Positions 51,492 to 63,044 are shown, counted from the stretch's first letter. The stretch: DNA of 64,000 bases from an uncultured Gammaproteobacteria bacterium (GCA_963764725.1 CAVXTM010000018.1:608001-672000); one strand, 5' to 3'. The notes: a model not told the origin generated them from the letters alone. Program-made: numbers and translations.

Positions 51492-52000
51492 CGCGTGCTC
51501 CTTCAAATCGAAAAGCGTTTGCCATTCGCGCGCAAATGCTTAGGGAAGCACTGCAAAAGTGTTATGAGCATGCCCAGATGCGCGAAGCCGCGGAGCGAGT
51601 CACGAGACATATCAGGTAGATAGGCGAGTGACGAGCGAGCACGCGACAATGCAGATGGGCAGCGCAATAGCTTTTGCAGAGCTTCCGGGTATTCGCCGGC
51701 CCCCGCAAACTCAAGGTCCAACTCAGCAACTTTTTCACCGTTGGCGTCAACCTTTGTTCCATCCGTTCCCAGCCTCACGCATGTTTGGGCATTCGCCGAA
51801 TGCCGCAGCGCTTTGCTCGGAACGCATCCCAGCTCCGGATCGACGATGCCTGGTTTTACGACTATCATAGAAAGATCCCTTTCGCCCGATGGTGATGGTA
51901 GGTGAATAAGAATCTTAAAAAGGAAGATACGACTGGACCTGTGAGCTGTCAATCACGCGCTACTCGGTCGGGAATCGGGGAACTCTCGGGCTAGTCGTCA

Positions 52001-52022
52001 GCGGCGCTTAAAATTCCTATAC
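52001..52022 (+). mobile_element. orphan oriIS-like motif
   Basis: GCGGCGCTTAAAATTCCTATAC. Confidence 0.5.
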
Positions 52023-52061
52023 TCATACCCAATTACCGTTCCGGTCAGCCCTTAGGGTCCA

Positions 52062-53078
52062 ATGACGAGAATTGAACAACTTCAAAAGACGGGCATCATA
52101 CGCACCGGCTCGCCGAAGAGAGGTTTCAGCTACAAGAAAGCCGATGGTGCCAAGGTTAGAGCTGCGGATCTCTCCCGGATAAGGAATCTGGTAATTCCAC
52201 CAGCCTGGACAGAAGTTGCTATCAACTCGCTGCCTGCTGGCAGGCTGCAAGCAGTTGGCAAAGATGCGGCTGGCCGCTGGCAGTACCTCTACCACGAGAA
52301 TCACACTCGCGCGCAGGAACTGAAGAAGTTTCAGCGGCTCATCAAATTCGCGGAAGCCCTGCCTAAGTTGCGTTCGACCATCAGTCGGCATCTCCGGCAA
52401 CCCGACCTTGGTAGAGAGCGAGTGCTGGCCTGCATGCTTAGAATTCTCTCGTCCTGCTTTATGCGGCCGGGAAGTCAGGTCTATGCAAGCGAAAATGGCA
52501 GTTATGGCATAGCAACGCTGCGGCCAAAGCACGTAAAGGTCAAAGGCGGCGCCGTGGAATTCGATTTCCCTGGCAAGTCTGGGGTGCGCCAACAACGGCA
52601 GTTGAAGGATCGGCCGGTGGCGAAAGTTGTGAGAAGTCTGCTCAAGCACCCCGGCAAGGAAGTTTTTAAGTATCAAAACGGCGACGGCGAGTTTATCAAT
52701 GTCACCAACCGTCACATCAACGAATACATAAAGGCGATCATGGGCGAGAAATTCAGCGCCAAAGACTTTCGCACCTGGGCAGGCACGATTATCTGTGCCT
52801 GCGCCCTGGCGCGTCTGGGAACTGAGACGATCGAGAAAGGCGCGGCTCGCAAGCGAAAGGTGGTGGCCGCAATCAAGGAGACCGCCGAGATGCTTGGCAA
52901 TACGCCAGCGGTTTGTCGCAGCGCTTACATCTGCCCTGGAGTGATCAACAGTTTCGAGGAGGGGCGAATTATTGACGACTATTTTGAAACACTCGAACAA
53001 TTCGTCGCCTATCGCGGCAGGAAACTGCACCGAGCGGAAAACTCACTGCTCAAATTCCTAAAACGCAGCGCGGGCTGA
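52062..53078 (+). CDS. DNA topoisomerase IB
   Basis: IPPAW, GRWQYLYH, MRPG, SYGIATL, FPGKSG, AKDFRTW, LGNTPAVCRSAYI. Confidence 0.95.
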   Translation: MTRIEQLQKTGIIRTGSPKRGFSYKKADGAKVRAADLSRIRNLVIPPAWTEVAINSLPAGRLQAVGKDAAGRWQYLYHENHTRAQELKKFQRLIKFAEALPKLRSTISRHLRQPDLGRERVLACMLRILSSCFMRPGSQVYASENGSYGIATLRPKHVKVKGGAVEFDFPGKSGVRQQRQLKDRPVAKVVRSLLKHPGKEVFKYQNGDGEFINVTNRHINEYIKAIMGEKFSAKDFRTWAGTIICACALARLGTETIEKGAARKRKVVAAIKETAEMLGNTPAVCRSAYICPGVINSFEEGRIIDDYFETLEQFVAYRGRKLHRAENSLLKFLKRSAG

Positions 53079-53159
53079 TGGCGTGCCGCTCCGGGTGGCA
53101 TCCCACTTCCCCAGTAAGCTAAGGGCAAGTTCCTGGCACAGGAATTGGCGATTACACTT

Positions 53160-53290
53160 ACCAGTACTTCTCCATGATCGCGACAACATTTTCTCCACAG
53201 ATCTCGATCGGTCGATAAAGAAGCTCGGCTTACGGGTTTTGAAAAGTGCCTACCGGAGTCTCCGCGCGAATGCTGTCTTGTGAGCGCACC
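53160..53290 (+). pseudogene. integrase-core IS transposase relic
   Basis: LLHDRDNIFS..LD..IKKLGLRVLKS.YRS.RANA. Confidence 0.65.
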
Positions 53291-54069
53291 GATCCCCGAC
53301 GCGAATTGGCGATCGTCCAGTCATAGTCGGTGAAGCGGACCTCATAGTCCAGTGGGATAGGCTCGGGGAGGTACTGATTCACATAGGCGATCCAGCTCGG
53401 TCTGGCCGCAGTGAGAAAGTCCTCGGGATAGAAATCCAACAGCTCGCTCAGGTAGACGAGACGGCTGCTGTGCGCAACCAAGAGATTGCGCGCCTCGGCG
53501 AAAAACTTGCGCGCCTCCCGCTCCAATTCCGCTTCGAGGTCTTTGCCCGTGAACGGCGTGCGCGGGAGTATGGGGCAATCCAGGGCGCTGCAGTTCAGGG
53601 CAAAGTGTACGCGCGGGTCACCGAGCGGACGGATGATATCGTTTTCGTACTGGTAGAGCGACAGCCGGCGGTTGCCGATCACCAGCTTGCGCAGATAAAA
53701 GAACTTGACCTTGGCCAGACCAGCATGCGTCTCCGGGATCCCCGCCTCCAAGACGTTGTACATCGACAAGGCGTTATAGCTGTTGATGTAGTGGGCGAGC
53801 CGATCATTGGGGGTCGCGAATTGGTGGTCGGGCGTCCGCGCGACGTAGGCGATGTAATGGTCGAGGTCCGCTCGATCGCGGGCTAGCGCCGGAAAATCCA
53901 CTTCGCCGCGCTCGTTGACGTAGCGGGCTAAGACTCGCGCATAGGCCTCGAGCGGTGCTCCGCGCGCGGGATCGGGCGGGTACTGTGGTGCTTGCACCAG
54001 GGTCGCACAGGCTTGCAGTGTCAGTTGTAGCAATACGAAGAAATAGACTGCGCTGCGCTTCACCGTCAC
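53230..54069 (-). CDS. DUF547 lipoprotein
   Basis: LQAC lipobox; LAHYINSYNA, DPRVHFALNCSALDCP, YDW. Confidence 0.9.
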   Translation of the reverse strand: MTVKRSAVYFFVLLQLTLQACATLVQAPQYPPDPARGAPLEAYARVLARYVNERGEVDFPALARDRADLDHYIAYVARTPDHQFATPNDRLAHYINSYNALSMYNVLEAGIPETHAGLAKVKFFYLRKLVIGNRRLSLYQYENDIIRPLGDPRVHFALNCSALDCPILPRTPFTGKDLEAELEREARKFFAEARNLLVAHSSRLVYLSELLDFYPEDFLTAARPSWIAYVNQYLPEPIPLDYEVRFTDYDWTIANSRRGSVRSQDSIRAETPVGTFQNP

Positions 54070-54087
54070 GGCCCCGTGGTATCGCCA

Positions 54088-55576
54088 CTACGACTCTTGT
54101 TGATCGGCATGTGCGTGGGCTAACGCCCGCTGGCGGGCACGACCCTTGAGGTATTTCAAGGGATAGACGAAGGTCGAATGGATCCCGGGCGGTGGTTGTC
54201 GCGATCCCGAATTCGCGGACTCGGTGCCTGTGGATCCATGCGTTACCGCACCTGCTTCGGCAGCCGCCTCGCTCGGCAGAATGTACCGATCGCGTTTGGC
54301 GTTGTACAGACACATCGACATCGGTCCTTCCGCGGTGGCCACCATGAAGACGCAAGCCTGTACCCGGTCGGGCTCTAACCGCGAGGCGTCCATGAAATTG
54401 TGAATAACGAAGGAGAGTTTGTTAATCCGTCCCCGCGCCGACCGCAAGTCACGGCGCGCCGACCAGAGCGTCTTGCCCAACCAGCGTGCGCCTTTCCACC
54501 ACAATGTCGGAGCTTTTGCAAAGGCGGCGAGGGCGGCGCGAACTGCGGCCTTGCGCTTGGTACGCTCGAACGTTACGTTGGCGGTGGCTTGGAGAAGCGG
54601 CACGATGAAGCCCGGATCATCGTAAAAGTCATAGAGGTTACCGTTAATCGCAAAGGCCATCGCGTAACGGTTACAATGCGGGTGGCCCGCGGCCAAGGTA
54701 TCGAAGCTCAGCGGAATACCGGCCCCCTCTTGAATCTTCTCGATGACCGATTGCTGATGGATGATGGGTGCGCGTTCGCGAAGGATGCCGCGCCCGGTGT
54801 CGGCCTGTAACTGAAAGGAGATGAGGGAGACAACATCGGTGTGTGCACGGAAGAACCGCACGAGTTGGGGGATCTCCACAAAGTTGCGGGCGTAGATGGT
54901 CGTATTGAAGAAAACCGCCAATGGAAGGCCTCGGGCCCGGCTGATGTACTTCTCGCGCACGGAATTGAGATCTGCTTCTGACTCGATAGCCCTTGCGCCC
55001 TTGGGTGGTATCGACATGAAAGGCGACGTCGCTGAGCCCAACGGCGCAGAGATCTTCCAATAAATCGCGGGTCGCGAGTATTCCATTGGTAAAGAGCGAC
55101 GCGCGCATGCCCAATTCGGTGATGCGCCGGACGATACTCACCAACTCCGCGCGCTTGCGCAGCGTGGGATCGCCGCCCGACACCTGCACGTCGGTGTCTT
55201 TGCCGTAATGGCGATGGATAAGATCAATCCGGCGAAAGATCTCCTCTAGCGGGATATCCTGAACGGCTTCGGAGTGCTCGGAGAGATAGCAAAGGGTGCA
55301 ATCCAGATTGCAGCGCTGTGTGATCTCGAGGGAAACACAGCCGATGGGCCAGCGGCGCCCGGCAATCTGGTTGGGACCCCACTGGCCGACTTCGACGAGG
55401 CGCTGCCTGAGCCGCTCGTGGTGCCCATCGCTGTCTGGGGGCTGCGTGTCAGGCCCCCAGGCCTCGATCTCCTCGGGGCTAAGATAGTTGATCTCCAGTC
55501 CGTCGGCCTGATGCAGCGTCACGTGCGCTCCCTGTCGGTACCGTCGTCCCACGCCGTTCCAACCCGTGGCTGGCAC
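54088..55576 (-). CDS. radical SAM protein; one apparent frameshift near 54985 (start uncertain)
   Basis: EITQRCNLDCTLCY, SGGDPT, FTNG in one frame; SFQ, HNFMD, ACVF, SMCLYN in the next. Confidence 0.85.
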
Positions 55577-55627
55577 CGGACGCCGTGGGTTGGGTAGACA
55601 AAAATACGCATCGCCATAGATCTCCCG

Positions 55628-56457
55628 CTAAAGCTCGCGGTCGTTGAGTCTCCAGTCATAGTCCAAATAATCGAGCGGAGCCTGTTCTGTTCCGATCAAC
55701 TCCTGATCCGCTGGCCGATCGGCAAGTAGCTCTGCATGTGCGGCGAGGAATGCCGGTACTGACCGGATGCCGCGGTAACCGCGGCTGAAGTCCTCGGCAT
55801 ACCACTCGAAGATACTCGAGACTTCGAGCGACTGGCTCGCGGCCGAATAACGATTGCGACTGCGATCCGACAGGAAGCGTATGACTTGATCGTCGAGCTG
55901 TGAGTCCAAGCGCGCGCCCACGTAGGCCTCTTCACGCAGCATCGGGCAACCGATCGACGCGCAGTTTACGGCCATATGGATGCGCGGGTCGTCGAAGGCG
56001 CCGGGTTTACGGATGATCTCATGCTCGATGTCGTCTAGGCTTTGTTCCTGACCTAGCAGCATAAAAAACCGCTGTTTCCAGGGACTTCGTAACAGGCTGG
56101 CCAGGTCCTTGATCGATTCGAGTTTCGGGTAGCGGGTAAGAATGAGTTTTAGCGTAAATGCATTGTAGGCATTGCATTGATGAGGAAGGCCAATCGATCG
56201 CGCTTGTCCCAAGCCGCGAATTCCCGCGCGGTGACTCGGGAAAGCACGGCGAGATAGTTCTGCAACCGCCCACTGTCGGCCTGCAGAGCTGCGTAGGCGA
56301 CGCGCGAAGCCCGCCCTTGGTCCATCAACACGACGTGCTTGCCGAGCAGTTCGGTCCAGGCGCGGTGACTGAGATCGAACTCGTCCGCCTTGATCATTTG
56401 TACAGGAAACAGCAGCACCGCTAACAGCGGAAACAAAATCTTCATAATCATCGTCAT
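55628..56457 (-). CDS. DUF547 protein; one apparent frameshift near 56175
   Basis: Signal peptide, LAFLIN / AYNA, SLDDIEH, DPRIHMAVNCASIGCP, YDWRLN. Confidence 0.85.
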
Positions 56458-56698
56458 TATAGGCCTATCCGGTTAAACCGGGACAACCTGGACACCGTCC
56501 TCGGCCATCGATACGGCGTTCACCGTCAAGGGTTGCGTTAAGCAGCATGAGCATGAATGAGAGTACTGTAGGCGCCCACATCTTCGCTGATGCGCTGGTC
56601 CGGATTCACGGTTTTGCCGTTTGCGCCCATGCTGTTGTTAAGACGATAGTAAACCGGATGCTCTAGGTAGCGGTTGACCCATGGCACTTGCAGCCAAA

Positions 56699-57550
56699 CT
56701 AGGGTCTGACGATCGTCTTGTCGGCGCCGGGGCTGCGGTTGAGGTTGTGCCGATGTTCGATGTGCCGTACCGCGAGCCCCGCCGCGAACGCCGCGAGGAA
56801 CCCGTAGGTCGCGATCGATAACGCGAGCCCGTAGGTCAGCGCAATCAGGCCGAGCGTCAGAAAACTCTCCATGCCGAAGGCCTGCTCTCGTTCGTGTCGC
56901 AGGTACACGATCGCTCGGCTCAACGCGAGGCCAAGGGCCCACCCGAGCGCCAGGCCGCCGAGCGTGGCCCATGCGACATCGACGCTCCACCAGCGCGAGC
57001 CGAGCGGCCCGAGTTCATGCAGGCCGAGCACGCCGAGCGCGAGCATCAGGAACGGGAACGCGGCACCGTCGTTCAGGCCGCCTTCGCCGGTCAGGCTGAA
57101 ACGAAGCTGGTCGCGGTCCTTGATGTTGTCAACCTGCACGTCGGAGGCGAGTACCGGGTCGGTGGGCGCGAGGATCGATGCGAGCAGCAGCGCCGTGCCG
57201 AGCGTCAGGCCGAGCGCGATGCCGACGACAACCATCGCGGCGATCGTCAGCACCATCGCGAGCGTCGCCATCAGCACCGGTGCAAGCCACATGCGGTCGG
57301 ACAATGCAACGCGCAGCCGCAGCCCGACGGCGAAAAGCGATATCAGCAGCGCTATCTCGGTCATCATCTCGACGATGCCGGCATCGTTCGGCAAGCCGAT
57401 CTGGATGAAGTCGAAGCCCTGTGGTCCGAGCAGGTACCCGGCGACGAGATACAGTGCCGAGGTGCTGACCGGCAGCTTCTGTCGCCAGGTGTCCGACAGG
57501 CCGATCAGGATCAGCAGCACGCCGATGATTAGGCACCAGGTCGAAAACAT
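56699..57550 (-). pseudogene. CPA1 cation:proton antiporter, 3'-truncated
   Basis: LAPTDPVLASDV, LTGEGGLNDG, GFLAAFAAG; ends abruptly. Confidence 0.8.
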
Positions 57551-57624
57551 AGAAATAGTCAAATGTTGTGTACGAGGCCAAGTCAGGCGGCGATTCTATC
57601 GGTATCTTCCCACATGCCGTCCTT

Positions 57625-57870
57625 GAAATTCACTCCCCACTGCCCACTGCATCCCGAGACGGAACATATGTTCGACGACAAGCTCATCGGCAAGATGAAC
57701 GTAGCGCGTATATCGTCAATACGGCGCGTGGCAAGATCTGTGACCGTGACGCGGTTGTGCGGGCGCTTGAGAGCGGGCAGCTCGCCGGGTACGCCGGGGA
57801 TGTGTGGTTCCCGCAGCCGCCACCGAAGGATGACTCGTGGCGGACAATGCCGCACCATGGCATGACGCCA
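57625..57870 (+). pseudogene. NAD-dependent formate dehydrogenase internal fragment
   Basis: HCPLHPETEHMF / YIVNTARGKICDRDAV...GYAGDVWFPQP...MPHHGMTP. Confidence 0.8.
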
Positions 57871-57927
57871 AGCATCGTTCTAAAAGTGCCGTGCCCATAA
57901 ACTATAGACAAACCAGGGTGCTGTACT

Positions 57928-58923
57928 ATGATGAGATGTCGTTTTGAAGACCCCCATGAGGCACCGTCCCGGGCGATGGAGCCAGCCAACATCGCGGCGG
58001 TCCATGAATATGCCAGTCGGCTGCGGACTCAGCCGGGGGTGAAGCGGGTAGTGACCCGTTACCAGCAGTCCTACAGCCAGATCGCCCTCAACCCCGGCAC
58101 CCTTAAGCCCAAGGAGCGCTACGCCAGCGGCCCCTACATCATGCTTAATGTTTATTACGACGGCGATTCGCAGTCAAAACAGACGCAGGATCTGGTTAAG
58201 CGGATTCGCCAGGTGCCGGCCCCGGAGCGGTTCGAAGCGGAGGTTGGCGGCGAGACGGCCGCCCTGGTCGATCTGCTGGCGGCCCTGCGCGAATACATCC
58301 CCTATGCCCTGGCGATTATCGTGGGGACGCTGTTTATTCTCCTGATGATAATGCTCCGCAGGCTGCTCATTCCGCTCAAGGCGATCGTCATGAATATTCT
58401 GGCTTTGTCGGCTGCCTTTGGCGCCCAGGTTTGGATTTTCCAAGACGGACGTTTTACCGACCTGATTGGCTTTGCCCCGGTCGGCTCAATCGATGCGACC
58501 CAGCCGATTTTGATCTTCGCGATCGCGTTCGGCCTATCGATGGACTACGCCGCATTTCTGCTCAGCCGCATCAAGGAGGAATATGACCGCACCGGCGACA
58601 ACACCCAGGCGGTGGCGGCCGGTGTCCAAAAAACGGGCGGCATCATTACTTCGGCCGCTCTCCTGCTTTTGGTTGTAATCGGATCCTTTGCCACGAGTTC
58701 AATTCCGATCATCCGGCAAATCGGGATTGGCTTGGGACTTGCCATCGCGATTGATGCCGCGATTGTCCGACTCTTCCTGCTACCGGCGACGATGCGACTG
58801 CTGGGTAGGGCGAACTGGTGGCCGGGTGGCCGTAAACGGCCGCCGGGTTCGGACGATGCCAGGCCATCGACGCCAAAGGATCCGGATCTGGTTTGTCGAG
58901 CCGCTGATCGCACAAACGCGTGA
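57928..58923 (+). pseudogene. MMPL family transporter, C-terminal half
   Basis: VGGETA, PLKA, FGLSMDY..FLLSRIKE, IITSAA, DAAIVR..LLPA.M.LLG..NWW. Confidence 0.8.
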
Positions 58924-59271
58924 TAGTTCACTTCATCCGCACGAACAAGATTCCCTTCGTCCAGGGCCGCATGCGTCATCCCGGTCTATGTCTTCAAAGA
59001 GTCCTCGGAATTCCTCCACCGCGCCGCATGGCTTGCGTCGTTGTCAGCCACACGGGTGGATCATTTTCGTACTGCACCGCGCGCAGAGTCCTGGGTAAGC
59101 TTCTCCTCCCCGCCTGCAATTCTTACAATAAACCCGCACCTTTTACCGGTTCAGTGCACGGCTTCTCTCGTACTTCGCTGAGCATTCGCAGTAAAACAAT
59201 GAGTTACAAAAGCGGTATACGCCATGCTACTCAAGCGTCCGCGGCTAAATCAACTTTTGGAGGAAAGGCAT

Positions 59272-60081
59272 ATGGTAACCACATACGATGAAAGTGCGAC
59301 CACGAGAAGCGCACCCTACACTAGCCCGGCAGCGGATGTTATAGCGACGAAGCGGATTTCGTGGGCCGCTGTTGTCGCCGCCGTCATTATTGCGCTAGCG
59401 GTTCAACTAGTCCTGAACATGATAGGCGCAGGAATCGGCTTTAGCGCGATCGACCCGCTGCAAGGCGAAACCCCTAGCGCTACGACCTTTAGCGTAGCGG
59501 GCGGGATTTGGATGGTCGTGTCGAGCATGCTTGCACTGTTTGCGGGTGGATGGCTTGCCAGCTATCTCGCGGGCGTGACGCGCGATGAAGACGGCACGCT
59601 GCACGGTTTGGCCGTCTGGGGTCTTTCCACTCTCTTTGTAGTGCTGTTCTTAATGACGGTGTTCGGCTCTTTGTTGGGAAGCACATTGAACGGTCTCGGT
59701 TACGGAGCAGCGGCAGTGGCGCCGCAGGTGGCCCAACCAGGAACGCCGACGAGTGCTCCGATTAGCGCGGAAGATCTCCGAGTGTTGATCAATCAGCTCA
59801 TTAGTGAGGGCAATACCACGGAAGCATTAATCGATACGGTAGTGGTACGTACGAGGATGAGTCGGGCAGAGGCCATCCAAGCGGTGGAGCAAGCGCAACG
59901 GACAGCGCGCGTCGCGGTAGATAAGACGGCTGAAGCTTTAGCCCACGTAATGCTCTGGGGGGCTTTATCCCTTATCCTCGGCGCAATGGCAGCTGGGTTA
60001 GGGGGTGACATAGGCGCACGTGACGCACGGCGAATCCCTGTACAGAGAATCGAGCCACGCGATCACACGCCGGCGGTTTAA
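59272..60081 (+). CDS. membrane protein of unknown function
   Basis: RISWAAVVA, FAGGW, GTLHGLAVW; RBS present. Confidence 0.75.
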   Translation: MVTTYDESATTRSAPYTSPAADVIATKRISWAAVVAAVIIALAVQLVLNMIGAGIGFSAIDPLQGETPSATTFSVAGGIWMVVSSMLALFAGGWLASYLAGVTRDEDGTLHGLAVWGLSTLFVVLFLMTVFGSLLGSTLNGLGYGAAAVAPQVAQPGTPTSAPISAEDLRVLINQLISEGNTTEALIDTVVVRTRMSRAEAIQAVEQAQRTARVAVDKTAEALAHVMLWGALSLILGAMAAGLGGDIGARDARRIPVQRIEPRDHTPAV

Positions 60082-60254
60082 AACCAACAGCCTCCCTTTT
60101 TCGGTTTCGGTCTTTACCGGGCGACCGGCCTCCCACGGTCAGGTATGAACGCTAAAGCGTAATCTGAAGTTAACGATGGCCGCGCTATGGAGAGAAGGGC
60201 GAGCAGACGATTGCTGCGCACGCTTTTATGAACCCAACAAGAGGAGTGTAATTC

Positions 60255-60707
60255 ATGACCAACGACGAGATAATCTCCACCCTTGATGACTTGATTGAAA
60301 CCTCCAAGGATGGGGAATACGGTTTTAACACCTGTGCGGAAAATGTTAAAGACATGCAACTCAAAAAGGTTTTTACAGCGGCGGCGCAGCGATGTGCCGA
60401 AGGCGCCAATGAACTGCAAGAACAAGTACGCCGCTTAGGTGGAGATCCGGACAAACATAGCAGTGTCGCCGGGACCCTTCATCGCGCCTGGGTGGATATC
60501 AAAGCGGCAATCACGGGCAAAGACGAGCAGGCCGTGCTCGAGGAATGCGAGCGCGGAGAAGATGTGGCGAAGAACACCTATGAGAAAGCCTTAGTAAAAG
60601 GCTTACCGGACGATATCCGATCTATCGTTCAGCGCCAGTATCAGGGCGTAGTAGAGAATCATGACCGCGTGCGGGATTTGCGCAACCGGTACCGGCAGGC
60701 GAACTGA
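60255..60707 (+). CDS. PA2169/DUF2383 four-helix-bundle protein
   Basis: LIETSKDGEYGF, LGGDP, LHRAW, ECERGED. Confidence 0.92.
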   Translation: MTNDEIISTLDDLIETSKDGEYGFNTCAENVKDMQLKKVFTAAAQRCAEGANELQEQVRRLGGDPDKHSSVAGTLHRAWVDIKAAITGKDEQAVLEECERGEDVAKNTYEKALVKGLPDDIRSIVQRQYQGVVENHDRVRDLRNRYRQAN

Positions 60708-60850
60708 GCGGTTCAAACGACCATAGGTCGTGACGGACACTGGGGCTATAGCGTGCTTTTGACTAGGCGCCACGTCGGTGTTGAGGTCGCCAATGATCTG
60801 AGGATCTCGGAGCCGACATTGTGCCTCACTGCAAGTACCCCAGTGGTTTC

Positions 60851-62863
60851 ATGCTTCTCAGGATCGCAATCGCCGTAGCCATCCTCTTCGCTGGCGCCGT
60901 AGTGGCGCTGGTGGTGGTCGTCGCAGTCTTCGACTTCAACCGGCTCAAACCGCTCATCACGGCGCGAGTGGCGAACTTTTCGGGACGCCAGCTCGAGATC
61001 GGCGGCGATCTCAACGTTCGCAAGTCGCTGAGCCCAAGTGTGGAGATCTCTGACATCCGGTTCGAGAACGCGAAGTGGGCGAAGGATCCGAAGTTCGTGG
61101 CGATCGAGAAGCTTAGCGTCCGCATCAAGCTGCTCGAATTGCTTCGCGGCCGCGTGGTGATGCCCTATCTGAAGATAGAGGGACTGCGCGTGAACCTCGA
61201 GAAAGACGCGGAGGGCCGGGCCAATTGGCAGTTCACCGGCGCATCCCCGGCAGAGGCCGCGGCCGAGACGATCCTGCCCGAGGGTCGTACAGATTTCCCC
61301 GCCATCGGCAGCCTCAGCGTGCGGGATGCGCGCGTCGTGTATCGTGTCGCCGGCAAGACGTTGCGGGACGCGCAGATCGACGAGGCAACCGGTCACAGCG
61401 ACAACAGGGGGGTCGCGCTCCGAGCGCAGGGGAAATATCAGGAGCGGCCGTCGCAGCTGCGGGTCTATGGAGACTCCGTCGGGCGACTGTGGGCTGCGGA
61501 CCGTCCTTATGCGATCGAGATCAAGCTCGAGACCGGCGCACCCCCTGACACACCCAAGGAGAGGTTCGCGGCGCACGCGAAGGGTACGCTCACCAACGCT
61601 TTCGACCAGGGCCGCTTCGGCTTGAAGCTCACAGTCGAAGGCTCCGACATGGCTCAGCTCTATCCACTCGCAGGCGTCGTGCTTCCCAAGACGCCGCCGT
61701 ACTCGTTGACGGGCATGCTCGGTAACAAAGGCAACGACTGGAGATTCGACGACTTTCAGGGTCGTATGGGCGACAGCGATCTAGCGGGAGACCTCGCCAT
61801 TCGCTCCGCCGCCGATCCACCGCGCATGGACGCACGCTTCGTTTCCGACAAGCTCGACTTCGACGATCTCGCGGGCTTGGTTGGCGCACCGCCCTCAACT
61901 GGAGAAGGGGAGACCGCATCAGCCGAGCAGAAGGCGGAGGCGAAGCAGCAGGAAGCCGAGGAGCGAATCATTCCCGCGACGGCGATCGAGCTCGAGCGCC
62001 TGCACGCCATGGACATACACGCGAAACTGGACGCGAAGCGCGTGAGCACGAAGCGGATCCCCATCGACAACATATCGCTCGCGATCGTGGTCGAAGACGG
62101 GGTGCTGCAGGCCAAGCCGGCTCGCTTCAAGCTCGGCGAAGGAACGATCGACCTTGCAGTGACCCTGCACGCCGATAGGAAGCCGGTGCGGGCCGAGATC
62201 GAGGGAGACCTTCGCAACGTCCCGCTACGGGCGCTGTTCAAGAGCACGGCGTTCCAAGACGAGAGCAGCGGTATGATCGACGGGCGAATGCATCTCCGCT
62301 CCGAGGGTGGCTCGGTGCGCGAGATGGCGGCTCACGTCGACGGGGAGGCCTTCGTCGCGATGTCGCGCGGCAAGATCAGCCACTTGCTGATGGAGCTCAT
62401 CGGGCTCGACGTATTCGAATCGATCGGCGTCGCGATCAGCGGCGACGAGCCGATCGAGATCCGTTGCGCGCTCGCCAAACTCGCGGCAGAAAACGGACGC
62501 GTGAAGGTCGATCCGCTGGTCATGGACACGACCGATACCAAGATCACCGGTAAGGGTGAGGTGGACCTCGCCTCGGAAAAGATCAACGTGCTGGTCACGC
62601 CCCATTCCAAGGACTTTAGCCCGTTCACGTTGAGTTCCCCGATTCGGATCGGCGGCAAGCTCGCCGATCGGGACGTGTTCCCGGACGCCGCGAAATTGGG
62701 CCCCGGCGACAGGCTCAAGCAAATCGTGAGCACGACGTTGTCGGCGATCATCGGCCTGTTGCCGCCGATGGATATGGTGCTCGCCAATGACAGCCCGTGC
62801 CGGGATCTGTTGACTGAAGTGCGCGAGTCGAACACCGAAGTGTCGGAGACACCGGCCCGTTGA
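60851..62863 (+). CDS. AsmA family protein (YhjG-like)
   Basis: FDFNRLKP, GRANW, LPKTPPY, GDSDLAG, LDFDDLAGLVGAPP, IRCA, DTTDT. Confidence 0.9.
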   Translation: MLLRIAIAVAILFAGAVVALVVVVAVFDFNRLKPLITARVANFSGRQLEIGGDLNVRKSLSPSVEISDIRFENAKWAKDPKFVAIEKLSVRIKLLELLRGRVVMPYLKIEGLRVNLEKDAEGRANWQFTGASPAEAAAETILPEGRTDFPAIGSLSVRDARVVYRVAGKTLRDAQIDEATGHSDNRGVALRAQGKYQERPSQLRVYGDSVGRLWAADRPYAIEIKLETGAPPDTPKERFAAHAKGTLTNAFDQGRFGLKLTVEGSDMAQLYPLAGVVLPKTPPYSLTGMLGNKGNDWRFDDFQGRMGDSDLAGDLAIRSAADPPRMDARFVSDKLDFDDLAGLVGAPPSTGEGETASAEQKAEAKQQEAEERIIPATAIELERLHAMDIHAKLDAKRVSTKRIPIDNISLAIVVEDGVLQAKPARFKLGEGTIDLAVTLHADRKPVRAEIEGDLRNVPLRALFKSTAFQDESSGMIDGRMHLRSEGGSVREMAAHVDGEAFVAMSRGKISHLLMELIGLDVFESIGVAISGDEPIEIRCALAKLAAENGRVKVDPLVMDTTDTKITGKGEVDLASEKINVLVTPHSKDFSPFTLSSPIRIGGKLADRDVFPDAAKLGPGDRLKQIVSTTLSAIIGLLPPMDMVLANDSPCRDLLTEVRESNTEVSETPAR

Positions 62864-62885
62864 AACGCGAAATTTGGATTCAAAT

Positions 62886-62947
62886 GGTGCATCTCATTCG
62901 CTTCCATGGTGTGCTCGCGCCTAACGCCAAGCTACATCCCGCCATTC
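62886..62947 (+). pseudogene. IS91/ISCR transposase internal relic
   Basis: HLIRFHGVLAPNAKL. Confidence 0.75.
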
Positions 62948-63044
62948 TATTTCATGAGCGCCGCAAGCGCCGTGGTGAGCACGAGCGAGGTGAGCAGCAG
63001 GAAACCGATGACGAGTACCATACCGAACGACAAGAGTGCTTGGC

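Noticed and set aside
51503-51952. 149-aa ORF and overlapping frames
   Set aside because: No recognisable motif or RBS; cannot be supported as a gene.
60717-60742. Further degenerate site-like motifs (also ~1812 and ~37858)
   Set aside because: Too diverged to separate from chance without a statistical model.
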